Positions 12,069-26,040 of a DNA stretch of 64,000 nt are shown here, in pieces. The stretch is taken from NCBI GenBank assembly GCA_028023455.1, contig JAQFVV010000001.1:34782001-34846000 (forward strand), in the 5' to 3' direction. Both the position numbers and the translations under genes were made by a program. The notes under the pieces were generated by a model. That model searched no databases, was not told the origin of the DNA, and was given only the letters and a program-made list of their open reading frames with translations. How positions within the stretch are numbered: position 1 is the stretch's first letter; each line of letters starts with the position of its first letter. Source of the stretch: Epiperipatus broadwayi. Taxonomy: Eukaryota; Animalia; Onychophora.

Positions 12069-13849
12069 TATATGCAATAAAACATACGCACACATATATA
12101 TTGAAATGTGTGTGAGACAGTTGTGTGAGAATTAACCTTTTTTATTATCATTGTGTAGAAATATTTACAATATTAAAAATAAATGAGATTCCAAAAGTAA
12201 TAATGTCTATTACTATTAAAAAAAATTTTTTTAATAAAAAATATTAATAATACTTATCATATATAATGTTTTATTTAACTTAATTTTTTTTTATCTTTAG
12301 TATTCTACTTATACAGAAAAAATATATAGAATTAAATCTTGAATAAAGTTGTGTTTTCAGACTGAACAGTTATGTTTAAAAAAAGTATTATTATTTTCCT
12401 AAAAGTTAAAAAAGTATTATATTATTTGAAACATACTAAATTATTTATCTAAGAAGAGTTGTTCTGTTAACAGGAACTGAGAATTACAAATAAAAGAGAA
12501 AATAGTTCTATTAGCATAATATATAAATCATTCAGTTCTATTAGACACATTTATTATGAAAGTAAAGTATTTTTCTGCTGTTAATAGTATTAAAGTTACA
12601 GTTTTACTATTATATAAAAATTTAATCAGGAAAATAAAACTACAAAGGAAGTATAGCATTTAGTGTAATTTTCAATACCAAAATGTATAATAATAAAAGA
12701 ATTTAATAGAATAAATATTCATGTCATAACTTAAAAGGGAAAATTAACAATTCATTCATAGGAAATATATACATTGTTTGTTGAAAAATTTGTTTAACTA
12801 AATTTATTTGTTTTATATTGCTATTACATCTCAGTGCATTTTAAAATCTCACATAAAAAAACTTATAGTTAAAAATGTATTTGAGAATCTTTAAAAACTA
12901 GTTATTACAGTTCAATTAAATTTAAAAAAATATATATTTGTTCACTCTAAATATACGTTTATATATTTAATTATATAATGTTATGTGAATGCGTTCATTT
13001 TATTAACATGGTTAGGAGTGGTTTCATACCATGCAAAATGGAAGATATTTGATGCAAAGTTATGTTGTTGTTTTTTAAAAAAAATAGTATTAATATTTTG
13101 CATTTATGGGTATGTTAATACAATTATAGAGATATTCCCGGATAGTGATTAATTAAGATGAATATGAAATAAAATGGGTGAATTAATATTTTATATTGAA
13201 TATAAAATGAACATAGAAAAGAAAAAGTGCTAATATTAAAAGGAAGGTTTTTAAAAATTTGTCATTTAGTGTTTATCATGGAGATCTCCGTGCTGATTGT
13301 ATGTGTTACTTTCTACATTATTATTCTTATTATAGAATAAACTGAATACGAAATAAAAATGCATTTTACAATTATAGTGTTATTTATTCATTTAGCAAAT
13401 ACATTTTTAGACAATTATTAACAAAATATTATAAAGGAACATGTAGATTTCTATTGGGAAATATATTCATTGATAGCTCTAAGTCTTTAAAATCTTCCAC
13501 TATAGCATATATTTGATAGCCATTAACTATGTAGTTTGTGTTTTCCACACATCTACATAAATCAGTGCATGTTACATTCCATTTATGAAGTAGATGAACA
13601 CAACAACCATGGATTGTCCTGAATCTATTATTGCCACCCCATTTGCATCTAAGAAGATCTAATTAATTGGATCTGGAAAATAAATTTGTTTGGAACTGCG
13701 TAAGAATTTAATTTTTTACACTTTTTTTTTCAATTATAGATTTTTGGTTGAATATCCAGAGATCTGATATATATATATCTTGGATAGTGGAAGTTATATT
13801 TTGATACGTTTGGCAAGCTTGACACATTTAACAGCTTTTTGTAAACTTT

Positions 13850-15520
13850 CTGTGAAGCAATATCTCTTATGATATCTGGTGGAGAAATGTGTAAAAAAAG
13901 AGAAAAAGTGATTATTAATGAAATGCCTAATAATATTTATCTTGGGAATATTTAATTAAGTATTTAAAAGTTTAGCATGATAATCTTTTCTCTAATTAGA
14001 AACTCAGTATTCACCACTAGAATATGTTAGTGCTTATGCAAGCTGTCCATTAAATACTTGCATCACAACCACAAAGAATATCAGCCAATTTTCAAAGGAA
14101 GTTATTCCTAGAAATCTATTTAAATATAAATATTGATAAATGAGAAAATTAAATCAAGCTACAATCTAAGTTTACTCCCAATTAGGGTTGTGTTTCAGTC
14201 TATTATCTCAAACGATTATGTAGATTACAAAATGTTTTATTTTTTAAAAAAAATGTGCATGCTATATTTGTTGGATTAGATATAAAACCTCAATCTCTGA
14301 AAAGGATTTTCAATCTTTTCATATATTTATTGAGAGTATTTTCTATTTTTGGAAAAAATCTTTTTTGTGAAGTCAAATCAATATCATCAGCATTGACAAA
14401 TCTTGAAGCTCATTGATGAATAAATAAAAATAAATGAGAGAATTGAACCTATCTTGAGATAGATAGTTCTATAACAGTTTAATTGTTAAGGATAAAACTT
14501 TTTTATAGTAGCTTCTTCTTGGCCTAAACCTATTCTGCTTTTTGCATAGATGGCTTTACAATTATTGGTAAAATTCATATTAATATAATTCTTTAAGAGA
14601 AACACATATTTGATATTTTTTTAGATTACTGTTTGATTTATTTGGTTTTAAGTCTACTATAGTTCTGTCTTTATACCAAACTTTTGGAATGATTTCTCTA
14701 TGAATAATATTACTGAATAGTTTTGCCTATCATGCTTTTACTTTAGGTCTCAATTTTTTTAGGAATCTGAGAGTGCTTTATCTTTTCTCATTTAACATAA
14801 TTAAAGGCTAATTTGAGTTCATAAACATCTATTGATTTTATTACATTGATATTAGAGGAACACTGTGAAAGATAAGTTTTCAGTTTAGCTATAATAATGC
14901 TTTTTCTTATTCTATCAATCTTGGATGTAAAAGTCTTATATACAAAATTGGCAATCTCAGCAGGCAGAGAATTCATTCTTTTAGAGTTTCTTTTACAACC
15001 TCCAAGCTTAAATAAAAGTGACTAGGTCTTTCAAATAGATCTTGTAAGGTTTTATTTTTTAATTATCTTTCTCCATTTTTCTTTTCTGGCATCAATCAAA
15101 GATTTTACAAATTTGTCAATAATTTTGGATTTATAGTGAACAAAAATTGATTATAAAGAGCACTGGTAGTTTTATACCAATCTGGAATTAGTTGCTTTCG
15201 ATGTCAGTGAAAATTTCTGAAAAATTATTCATAACAAGAGGGAACTAAAGAGGTTTTATTGATTTCAGTTGGTTTTTCTTAATTTCAATCTCAAACAGCA
15301 TAACTCTCAATTACAAGAATATGGATTATGAGAGTGTTTAGATTTGATTTATGTTCATTATGAAAAAATGATCCATTACCAGCAGTTCAATGGGTAATTG
15401 TAAAAATGTTTTTTTTTTTATTAAAATGAAACATACATCAGGAGTTGACTCTATTCTCAATCTCTAATGGAAAGTTCCTCTTTGATTGGCATCATAAAAT
15501 AATTACACTATTTAAATCCA
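13850..15520 (-). mobile_element. L1/Tx1-like LINE remnant (linker and RT N-terminus)
   Basis: Minus translation KQNRFRPRRS (Q.GF.P.RS) and a downstream D..K..D region. Includes track ORF 14788-14976. Confidence 0.6.
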
Positions 15521-16757
15521 TCTATTCTAAAATTTGACAACTTATTTGATCATTATTTGTATATCTCACAAGTTACTAAGAAAATTAAATATTTCATAAA
15601 AATGCAGATCTAAGAAGATTTGGAAGAGGGTAGGGCAAGTTTGTATTGGGAGATTTGTGAATATTACGTACATAAAAATTTTCTATACACACAGTCCAAT
15701 ATCAGTTGACCTATTTGCAATAAAAAATGTTTTTTTTTTTTAAAGCAAAAGAAGTCATGCAATGTTAATAATGCATTCTATCAAAAATCAATATAAATCC
15801 AGAAATTTTAAAAATATGCACATTATTAGAAGAATGAATGAATACTTTTGAAATGCAATTATATTAATATTGTGATGCAAAGGGATCTCCATTTTTGATT
15901 TCTGCCATACTTTCCATGTTAAATTGCAGTCATTTTATTGTGTTTTCCAAATGAAGAGATCACTCTTGTAGAATGTATACTTGGCACTTAAGATAATACT
16001 TGATTATTATCATAGTTTTTTTCCATTTTGAGAACCTAAAACTCTCACCTGTATAATTGTGGGATGTCCCCCCCCCTCCACAATACCACCAAAGTTTATT
16101 TTAATAGTTTTATTGCAAATTTTGATAAATTTCTGCTTTTTAGAGTTCATCAAAATGAATTAATGGAAGATTGTCACCCACACACTCCATTACAAGTGCA
16201 ATAATAGAATGAGAGAAAAATGATCTATGTTAATCATATTATATTAAATAATAATTACTAAATTTATCAATATTATTAAAGGGAGATAAGTGCAATATAA
16301 TGAAGTAAATTCCACAGTAATATATTTCACTAGAAAGCCATTTTGTCTTTGTTTCTCATCTTTGAATTTTGTTATCATAAGACTGTACTAGTTTATATGT
16401 TTTGATTTTTGTTAATAAACATAAGTGATCAAATTAATTTTTATGTAGTCTCTTTATTGATTTTCAATAACTTAGATTTTATCATTACATTCACTTGAAT
16501 TATAATCCACTTTTATAATACTTGCTCCAAATATTGGACTTATGTTTAGTTTTTATGTGTAAAGAATTTGCATTCCATATATTTATTACAATCTATCTTA
16601 GTGAGATAAGAAACTTCATTATTTCATAAAACATTTTTAACTTAAACAAAGGCAAAACTCTCCATACAGTAGTGCCACTCTGTGCTAACCAGAGTAATCA
16701 ATAGATGCCAGAAGGCTTGTGCATAAAATCCTTATCTAGTGCCTACTCATCCAATAT

Positions 16758-16797
16758 CCCCAGACTAGTTTCTGGCTTGTGGCCATCATCAGTGAGT
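16758..16797 (-). ncRNA. Type I hammerhead ribozyme with complete catalytic core (family C-related)
   Basis: Minus strand reads ACUCA CUGAUGA UGGC-CACAA-GCCA GAAA CUAG UC/ UGGGG: all core nucleotides, a 4-bp stem II, palindromic stem III (ACUAGU), a GUC cleavage triplet and a 4-bp stem I. Confidence 0.8.
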
Positions 16798-19297
16798 TTT
16801 GCCTTTGTTTACAACAATTATGTGCTAGTATGAGATGGTGATCATGTGACATTTTAAACTTGTTAACGCAATGGTCGAGTAAGAAAAGCCAATCAGCCAC
16901 CAAAAATGATCACCTTTTATTGCCCATCACCTTACTGCCAATGAGTAGAAAATATATATTTAGTATTAAAAAAAAACTAAAATCATAATTTAAATTCATA
17001 GTAAAAAAAATGTTAGCTCAAATTGCCACAAAGTATTACTGATAAATCATGTTTGTATAGGTTGCACAGGTAATAATTTTTAATTATACATTTTTAAAAA
17101 TTTTCTCAATGTTCATATTTTACAATTATAAATCTCAATTACTCAGTTTTAAACAAATGTATTTTTATTATTAATTTTCACTTTTTCAAGAAAATTAATT
17201 TCTTTGTGTAAGAGACGAGTTATTATTTTCAAAGTGATGTTTAGATTTCAATTTATGTACACTTAATAATAATCATAATTTTTTTTTTCATAACCATGAT
17301 TACATTAATATTTCATTGTCTTCTAAATTTAATTTAAATATTGAAACACATTTTTTTTTATCTATAAACAAAAAAGAATCAGATAATTATTAACATTAAT
17401 TAGCTTAATAATAATCTGAAAATCATTTGAAAGATTTAGATAAATAAACAGATATAATACGAATTCAAATAAAATTTCATTCTATCAAGATCAATAATTT
17501 ATAATAAATCTTCAGCATGAGGATGACTGTCACATATTCTTTTATTATTCGATCACAATAAAATAATCTTTGAAGTATCAAAACCTGGAAGTAAATTGTG
17601 TTTTTTTTTTTAATTTCTCCTCTCGAACATCACACGATCACGTTATATGATTTAACAAAATTGAATTTATTTTATACTTCATTTTTTTTAAAAAAAAGAT
17701 TATTATAAATAATATGACATATAATAAACACAAGCAATTTAAAGGCAATGAAATGAACTGGTCCAACCTCTGACCCTATCACATTAATCCTTCTCTCTGA
17801 GGTTTTTTTTACAATCAATGTATCCGTGGTTTTTTGAAATTAAAATTGATAAAACACACACACACTTAACAATATTAAAAAGACGAAATAATTTAGCAAT
17901 TTTACCAGCTGATATCACTTATACAAGAAATATAGATTTTTCTAGTATAAATACAGTATTAAATGTGATAGAATCAACAACTTTTATTTCTGTTAATAAT
18001 TTTTATATAAAACTAAAATGTAATCTTTGAATTTTGTATAGTTATATGTTACTTGCTTTCTTTATTTATTAACAATTAAAGATTGATTCTGAAATATTCC
18101 TAACTCTATAAAACAGTTTTTTCCATTTTTGTAAGTTGACATTAACTATAATCTTATCCATGCTTTAAACCTTATATCTTTTTTATTATAATACATATGC
18201 CCCAATGAAAAGATGACTAGTGACTGATTCTCCAAACTTCCTGCAGTTCTGAATCAATGCATGTGATATAGTGTATATTCACCATAGAACTTTAAGATGA
18301 CAGCATGTCTGGATCATCAATTATAGTATATAGTGTGACTGTATGTTTTATATCTTAATACACAATGAAACATTGTTGCTAATATTGATTTTACTGAAAC
18401 ATTTGAAATAATTCAAACTGTATATAACTATAAAAGCATGAATTGCAAGATTTGCAGGATTTCATGATGGCAGAAAAAACATTGAAACAATGTCACATGC
18501 CATGTAGTAATTCATAATCCAGGCCTACTAGTGCCTTAAAATTTTGCAATAAATAGCTAAACTCTGTTGCTCATTATATAATACATGCATTGATGCAGAG
18601 ATGCTGCAGACAGCCTGGAGGTAAAACCAGCCACCTTTTTAAAGAGACTCACTGTGTATGAGTTGGTAAGTTTTTACATTTTTAAAATAATCTTTGTCTG
18701 CATGTATAATGGTTTCTAGGACTATTTCCCATGCTAAATCCTAAAATTTTATAAATAAAAAAGATCAATTTTTGGATTTTAAATTATGTACTTGAAGATA
18801 AAAATAAGTGTCAAATAAAATATCAGCTAAGCCCCCTCCCCCCATTCCCCACCAGAGGCTGCAAATGTAATATAGTTTTAGTGACATTTTTATTGCACTT
18901 ATATGAAAAAATAATAATTTATATATATGAAGATAAGGGGGGGGGTGTTAAATAAAATATATTGTGATGATCACTGACTTACTTTCTCTGGGTGTTAAAT
19001 ACCCTAGGTATATAACTTACCTTAAATGAATTGCTTTTTATTAGACCAATGATATCTCTTTTCATGCACAGCAAACATTTGGTACAAAATATTATAACAC
19101 TAGAGTACACATCTATTTTGTTACATCTGCTGCTGCTATAAAATGATGCAAGTTGAAAAAAAAACTAACAACAGATGTTTCTCTAACATTTTATTTACAG
19201 TACAGTTCATTTTAATTTTGCTAGTCACTTAAAATACAGCTTTTCATAAATATACTAAAATCTGTGCACTTATAAAATATAAAATATTCAAATATAT

Positions 19298-19420
19298 GCC
19301 CTATATGTTCTATGTAGTGGTAGAATGACTAATTATGTAGTTCAAGGTCAATGGATCAGGATTCCAGTTCTGTCACTATAATGTTCACACTTCTGAACAA
19401 TAAACAATTGGGTTACTTTT
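19298..19420 (+). mobile_element. tRNA-derived SINE head
   Basis: gtagtggtagaat (A-box-like)...ggatcaggattcc (B-box-like), followed by agttctgtcact, which is shared with the 59090-59356 SINE. Confidence 0.5.
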
Positions 19421-19737
19421 TTATTTACATATGTTCATTGCTGAGACTTTTCTATAACATATTAATTTTCAATATATTCATTAACATAATTTTATCAAAA
19501 CAGATAAATACATATTCCTGTCTTCTATCATTTCTTATAATTCTCATATACATACAACAAGTACACTTAAAACTATTACTAACTAATACAATTTTCACTC
19601 AATTTTTTATTAGTATAATAACAAATAAATATAATCTTTTTAAATATTAATATCATATTACAAATATTGATTTAATATAGGGGATTTGAACACAGACTTT
19701 CAAGCTATCTTCAACTATCCACTCTATCTCATACAAA

Positions 19738-19803
19738 CAATGATTTCCAATATATATATATTGTGCTAAACGAGCATTCATCAGATAGCCAGAAAATCAT
19801 TTC
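19738..19803 (-). ncRNA. Degenerate type I hammerhead (family A)
   Basis: Minus: CTGATGA ATGCT cgttt AGCAC AATA...TA TTGG. GAAA is mutated. Confidence 0.6.
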
Positions 19804-20232
19804 TCATATATATATATTCTCAGTGCTTAGTTTATATTAAGATAGCAAATCTTCATACTTTTAATGGACAGGCTTCAATCTAATCCACCCTTTAGCTCTT
19901 CAGCCATCCATACCCTTGAAAATCTGATGATGGAACATTCTAATCTTGTATTGATGCCAATATTATTGTCATGCCTATGTTGACCTTAAGTCACTCTAAT
20001 ACCTTATGTATAAGACCTTGTCCATTTAAATACACAAGATCTTATACATGAGGGGTCAGAGTCAACATTGACATGGCAATAATATTTGCATCAACAAAGA
20101 ATTTGGTGTTCCATCATCAGATTTTCAATGTTATTGGATGGCTGAAGATATTTAAAGGATGGGGTAAAATGAAGCAAGTCTATTAAAGTTAACCTTAATA
20201 TAAACCAAGCACATATTATGTATGTGTATGAG

Positions 20233-20297
20233 AAATGATGTTCTGGAATATCTGATGAGTGTTGGTTCAACATGAAATATATATATTGGAGATCATT
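20233..20297 (+). ncRNA. Type I hammerhead ribozyme (family A), core intact, stem I partly decayed
   Basis: CTGATGA (20252-58) GTGTTG-GTT-CAACAT GAAA (20274-77) TATATA TA/TTGG. Distal stem I aaatgat/atcattt. Confidence 0.75.
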
Positions 20298-21387
20298 TAT
20301 CTTTTTCACATGTATGTGGTATATGTCTCATTTCTATGAGATAGAGTAGATAGTTAAAAATAGCTTGAAAGTCTGTGTACAAATCCCCTGTATTACATTT
20401 AAACTTCAAGTATATGAATTATGCTTGTATTTTAAAAATATTAAATATTGATTTGATATATGCCCTATACGTGTTTTAATGCAGTTCAAAAATGATGTAT
20501 TCAAGAATTAGAGATTTCTGCATTAATTGTCAGTTAAGCAAAATAAAGAATTGAAAGTATTATCTTCAATCTAACATTTGGATACTTAAATGTCACATCA
20601 TCTCTCAAGCAACTAACCATAACCCACAGTTAATCATAGGTTTCCTGCTTTCAGCTGTTTCTTAGAATCTCTGTTATATATATATATATAATTTTGAACC
20701 CAATTATTGATTATAGAATATCATTTAGATAATGAGTAACTAACATTTACTTGCAAATATGTTTTTCTTTGCCTTAATAGTGAGTTTGCTGAGTTTCACA
20801 AAAGTGTAGAAAAAATGTATGCTTTATTTTTAATTTCCAGAAGAATCACAGTATTTCTGATTAGGAATCACAAATTTTTGATTCAGGAAATCAAAAATAA
20901 AACAGTTTTATTTTTCCCTCAGGTCTTTATGTTGCATATGCTCTTCAGATATGCTTAAAACTTATTTTTAAAAATAAATACAGAAATCTTCCAAATTTTT
21001 GGGGTTGATAAAAATCCTCACAAAAAAATTATTTAAATACTTTGAAATTCAAATAAATTGCTTTCACAAAAAGAAAAAAAGCTTTAGAAAATAATTAAAA
21101 CTTTGAAGCATTTTAAATACGACAGACTAACATGTTGATTGTCTTCTTGTTATTATCATATAAAAAATAAGATGATTATTAATGCAGTCAATAAGGACAT
21201 AACCTGAGAAGGAACGATAGAATACAGGGTTGCATTCATATTATCAACACATTGAACCTTTAAATATAAAATAGTATATGCAATATTTTAAATTAAATCT
21301 GCTAAAGATCTACAGTAAATTCATTATTATTTAAAACGATTCTTCCATTTTACTGTACCACAAGTATGATTTATTTTTAGGCTAGTA

Positions 21388-21707
21388 CAGGGGTCGCCAA
21401 ACTTTTTTGATCATGGACCCCTATATAATTTTTCGAAATCTCCATCAACCCCCATAAAAGTATTTTTTAGTTAATTAAAATAAAACTATCTGTTAGGTAC
21501 TGTGTTTGTACATTTATTTTGTGATTTTAAACATTTATTAAAGTAATTTTACATTGTGTGACAATAGTTTTATGAAAAATATGCGTGATTTGCATATTAA
21601 GAATTGTTTTTCCTTCGGGCCCCCAATCTACTCTCTGACTCTGATCGACCCCTACTCTTGTTAAATAGACCTCTGGGGGTCTATATAGACCACTTTGGCG
21701 ACCTCTG
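21388..21707. mobile_element. hAT (Charlie-like) MITE, 320 bp
   Basis: TIR CAGGGGTCGCCAAA / TTTGGCGACCTCTG. 8-bp TSD ggctagta / ggctacta. Confidence 0.9.
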
Positions 21708-22169
21708 GGCTACTATAAAAAAATTTTTTTTTGATATTACCTACAAATGTACTATCTCTCATAATTAGAGCTGGATTATATTTATTTATACTCATAGACA
21801 GAAAATATGCTCTTTCCTCCCCATAACAATAAAATAAAAGTAAATGTAAAAATTATTAATATTGAATGGCTATATTTATATAATATTCATTTATTTATAA
21901 TCTGAAAATATATAAAATTATAGTTTACTCTGACATCAATTATTATTTGGCTGTAGATCACTATTCAATGTAAAATTAGTTTTGACAGAGAATATTGTGT
22001 GTCTATTTCATTGTAATATGGCATAACAGATAGCAATGAAATTAAATTTGTTGGTGTTTATATTTACTTTTAATTTTCATTTAATGTCAGAAAATAAAAT
22101 AAAAATCGTTTTATAATTTATGGAACTTCAAATAGTTTTTTAAATATTTTTTTAGTGTTTCTAAGCAAC

Positions 22170-22720
22170 TTCTTAGTTTACCTCTCACAGTAAGTGATTA
22201 ATTTTAAGATCCATGTAAAATTTCTATCTTTCCATTCTGATTATATTACAAAGTGCATGCATGGCTTTACAAAGTCATTTATGTACTTCAATAAAGAATA
22301 TATTGGTTTTCAACAAGTTTTAACATTAATTACTCCATCAGTGATCCATAAATCATGTATTCAAGATTCTGTATCTATAAAATAAAATGTTCAATAAACC
22401 TAGTCCTTATTTAATATCTAATAAATATAATTTTCATCATGAATACATAATTTATAAAAATTGGATAAATCTTGGAATAAAATTTTTCATAATCTGATAA
22501 GAATAAATTGTGATCCATATTTTACCAGCAAAGTTATTGTAATAATTGATAAGGGAGCATATTTCAAATACCTTGCTTATTGATATCAAGCAAATAGTAA
22601 AAATTTTCATTATAAATTTATATTTAAGGTTTGGACAAAACACTCTAGAAATTTTTATCATATTAGTACTATATTTTGACATGACATAACACAGATATAT
22701 AAATATATATCTATGGAACA
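22170..22720 (-). mobile_element. Possible CR1/L2/Jockey-like RT remnant
   Basis: ORF 22452-22721 contains LISISKVFEI (cf. LDISKAFD). ILEYMIYGS lies downstream. Confidence 0.3.
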
Positions 22721-24689
22721 TTTTTCCTTTACAAATAAAATTCTCAGAAATATATAATTGATATTGAACATCAGTTCATATTCATGTAAGACAAAAGTCT
22801 GACTTTTCATAATTTAAAAGGGATTAAATTGTTCATAGATAACTAGTTGTAATATAATTGTTCAAAATCACTTGTTTCATATTTCAAGATGGAGAGTCTA
22901 ATAAATATTGAAAATATTCAGTGAGAGTGAAAAAATAAAACCTGGTAGAACTGTGATTAAAAATCAATTACATTATGAAGACTAATATAAATACTATGAA
23001 GTGGTAGTGATGGATCCACAAATATATGAACAGAATAATAGATAACTAAAAACACATTATAGGCTCAAATAAATTATTTCTCAACAACAATTAAAAAGAT
23101 TTATATCTGACAAATTATCAAACAGAAGTTTTTCACTTGATAGTAGAAGTATGATGATTTAAGACCATATCACAGTATTTTCTTGTTCCAATCAATATAC
23201 TACAGTTGTGGATTCAGTGAGGTATGTTGGAGTCTTAGATTCATCCCATAGTGAACACTATTTCCATATCACTGTTATTTTCCAAAATGATAACACTTCA
23301 ATTTGTATAGCCCATACAATCAAATACTATTTTTTTTTTTAAAATGTCATTCATGGTTTTTCCAGTCATATAATTTTAAATATTTATTGAATCTCTATGT
23401 ATCAATATCAAGCACAAAGTAAATAGCCATTGACCAATATCTTCCAAAACAATTAAGATTTTTCTCTAAGAAAAATGTCATAATAATCTCCATTACAGTG
23501 CTATGTAAATCTATCTCATATAACCTATAAATACATTATTAATTGAAGATATTACTGTTTTTCAATGTTGACTAATCTTTGTATAAATAACTGACAGCAA
23601 AAAATATAAACATCAAAAATTAAAAGTACATGAAATATTTAGATAAGGGAAACTATAACTTGGTTGCAGTTGTGAATTCATGTTTACATCAATCTGTGAA
23701 ATACATACATTAATTGTAAATCAAATTATGACATACTCTTGTATATAATTTTTTTAACTACTTAGTATATTTTTTAGTTCATTCCTATGGCATTCTATCT
23801 CACTTTAGTAAGTATGTTGAATTCTAAAATAATACTGAAATAGTACATTGGTTAAAATAAATTATCAAAGGAATTGATAAACTATCAGAAGTTAACAAAT
23901 TATCACCTAATATCTATTGCTACAATATTATAAAATTTGTGGTGTATTAATCATCATTTGGATTATCAAAAGTCATCACAGTAACTTCCAAAAGTTTAAA
24001 TTCTTTAGAATTCAATATTATTGTTGCAATATATGCAAAACATGTAATCAGAAGAAAAGATGAAGGGGGAGAGGCTATAAACTAAGAATAAATATTTTCA
24101 ATAATAATAAAAGAAGTAAATCAATCACATTCAGGCTATGACTTAAAATCACTCTAAATGCTGAATAAAGAATCAAGAATAGAACGAATCCACCTATTCT
24201 TGATAACTCTGATGTTGATAAGCATATCTTCTGTCAACAATGTTCATAATTCAGAATGAAATTAATTTATCAACCAGATAGAATATGACATTTAAGAGTT
24301 ATTAAACTCATAATTACCTATACAGATTGAAGACAGAATCTCATTTTTAATATCTTGATTTTAATAATTTAAACAAGATTTAATATGTAAACTTTTAATT
24401 AAACATACCTCAATGTATATAATTCTTTGTTCAACATTTAGAATGTTTTTAAATCGTAACCAGGAGGTGGGTGATTTACTTTCTTTGTTTACATGTACAT
24501 TGAGCTATGGTCAATTTAAAAGTTTACAGAATAATAAGCAACTAATTTTATAGCTTAAGATGTGAAATTTACAAAACTGTTGAAAAAATAATTTAATCTA
24601 TAATTTCATATAGAGCAGAATTTAAAATATTAAAGAAATGATAAAATGATTTGATGGTTTTTGCATGTGAGTTTGGAGGAAAAAAAGAA

Positions 24690-26040
24690 TGATTAGTTGT
24701 TTTTTTTTTCCTATAAAGTATTAATTCTTTCGGAAAAAACAATAAACTCAAGATTTCTCGCCAAGCCACAAGAATTTCTGGGCTTTCCTATTTATCTTTC
24801 TCAATCTTCAATGTCAAGACAGATACAAAATACTCTAATAGATTCTACCTCTAAAATAATTCAAACTTTCTCGAAAGTATATTTGTCATTACAAGGAAAG
24901 GTGGCACTTCTCAACATGAAAGTCATGTCAAGAATTGCATACTATCTGCCAATCATTACCATTTCAAAAGCCTTTTCCAAAAGGATTAACAGCTTATGCT
25001 CCAAACTTTTCTGGAAGAACAGCACCACATCAATTAGAATGTCCAAAATGCAAGTACATCGTAATTCAATGGGATGTCCTTCCATTCCATTGATGCAATT
25101 ATTTTTCAAAAATCTTTTACATTAATTATTAACCTGATGAAAAAACACAAATCAATAATTTTCAATGAACCAATTCAACCTACAGACTGTCCTCTGCCTT
25201 GTAAAATGTGCTGGCTGGATCAACTGCTCTGGACGCTTAACCAGCATTTAACTATAGATCAAAAATTACAAAAATCAAAAATTACCATCTGGGAGGTGTA
25301 CAGTATAATTAATCCAAATTATCCCACAATTACTCCAAATCTTGGCTTCACCAACTACAAATTAACAACAATTTTTAAATTTCTCACTCTTGAGCCTAAA
25401 TACCATAATCTCATTATTAAAATAAACTTAGAAGCTATGCCCACAAATAAATTCCTTCATTTCAAAACATTCTACAATAAGATAGACCCTTTTTGTCAAA
25501 TATGTAAAAGGCAAGAAGAGTCATTCAACCATATAATATACTCATGCCCTGGGCTCAGTAAAATAAATTTAGCCATATACCAAAACTTAAAGGTTGATTA
25601 CTATAAAATCGTGTCTATAAGGGAAACCTTACAAACTAAACAGTTTTCTATTATTAGACTTTCCATCTTTTACTGTACATGCTATATGGAATGTTAGATG
25701 TAGGCTATTGATCACAGTGCCTGTCCCTGAACCAGTCAGTCTTTTCATGAACACTATTAGGAAAGTAAAAAACAGAGACTTTATCATTGCATCAAAATTC
25801 ATGTATAATGAAACATGGAAGTTACTTAATATACCAGATCCACGTAGCTAAGCAAAAGATGAATAATAGATTCAATTTGCATCAATGCTGATAGGTGAGT
25901 GGTAAAGCTACATCGGTTTACTATTATTTATCAGAAGATAATCAATATATAAATGGTTACCAGACTGTTGATGATGTGTAAAACACAATTTTTTCTGTCT
26001 TTTATAAGCATGTAAACATTATTTTTCATAAATAAAAGCT
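24690..26040 (+). mobile_element. L1/Tx1-like LINE ORF2 3' region and 3' UTR (frameshifted)
   Basis: ORF 24697-25125 has FLG...LSLQGKVALLN..MSRIAY...LFWK, the L1 post-RT pattern. ORF 25074-25697 has CQICKRQEESFNHIIYSCP. AATAAA at about 26031. A decayed upstream portion may extend to about 24130. Confidence 0.85.

Larger units (their letters stand above)
19674..20442. mobile_element. Foldback HHR retroelement, family A (head-to-head dimer)
   Basis: Arms 19673-20035 and 20036-20395 are reverse complements. 12-bp TSD aaatattgattt (19662-19673 / 20443-20454). Homologous to 63265-63953. Confidence 0.85.

Noticed and set aside
18285-18325. ctttaagatgac-agcat-gtc-tgga as an HHR relic
   Set aside because: Both core segments are too degenerate and stem III is absent.
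18599-18665. Apparent exon ending TTG|GTAAGT (DAADSLEVKPATFLKRLTVYEL)
   Set aside because: No polypyrimidine tract, no partner exons, no family match.
19921-19945. CTGATGA motif in the family A arm (mirrored at about 20111)
   Set aside because: No stem II-GAAA follows, so it is not a hammerhead.
24697-25697. Longest ORFs (142 and 207 aa) as a host gene
   Set aside because: They carry L1-type post-RT and CCHC motifs, are frameshifted, and have paralogous fragments; they are LINE ORF2 remnants.
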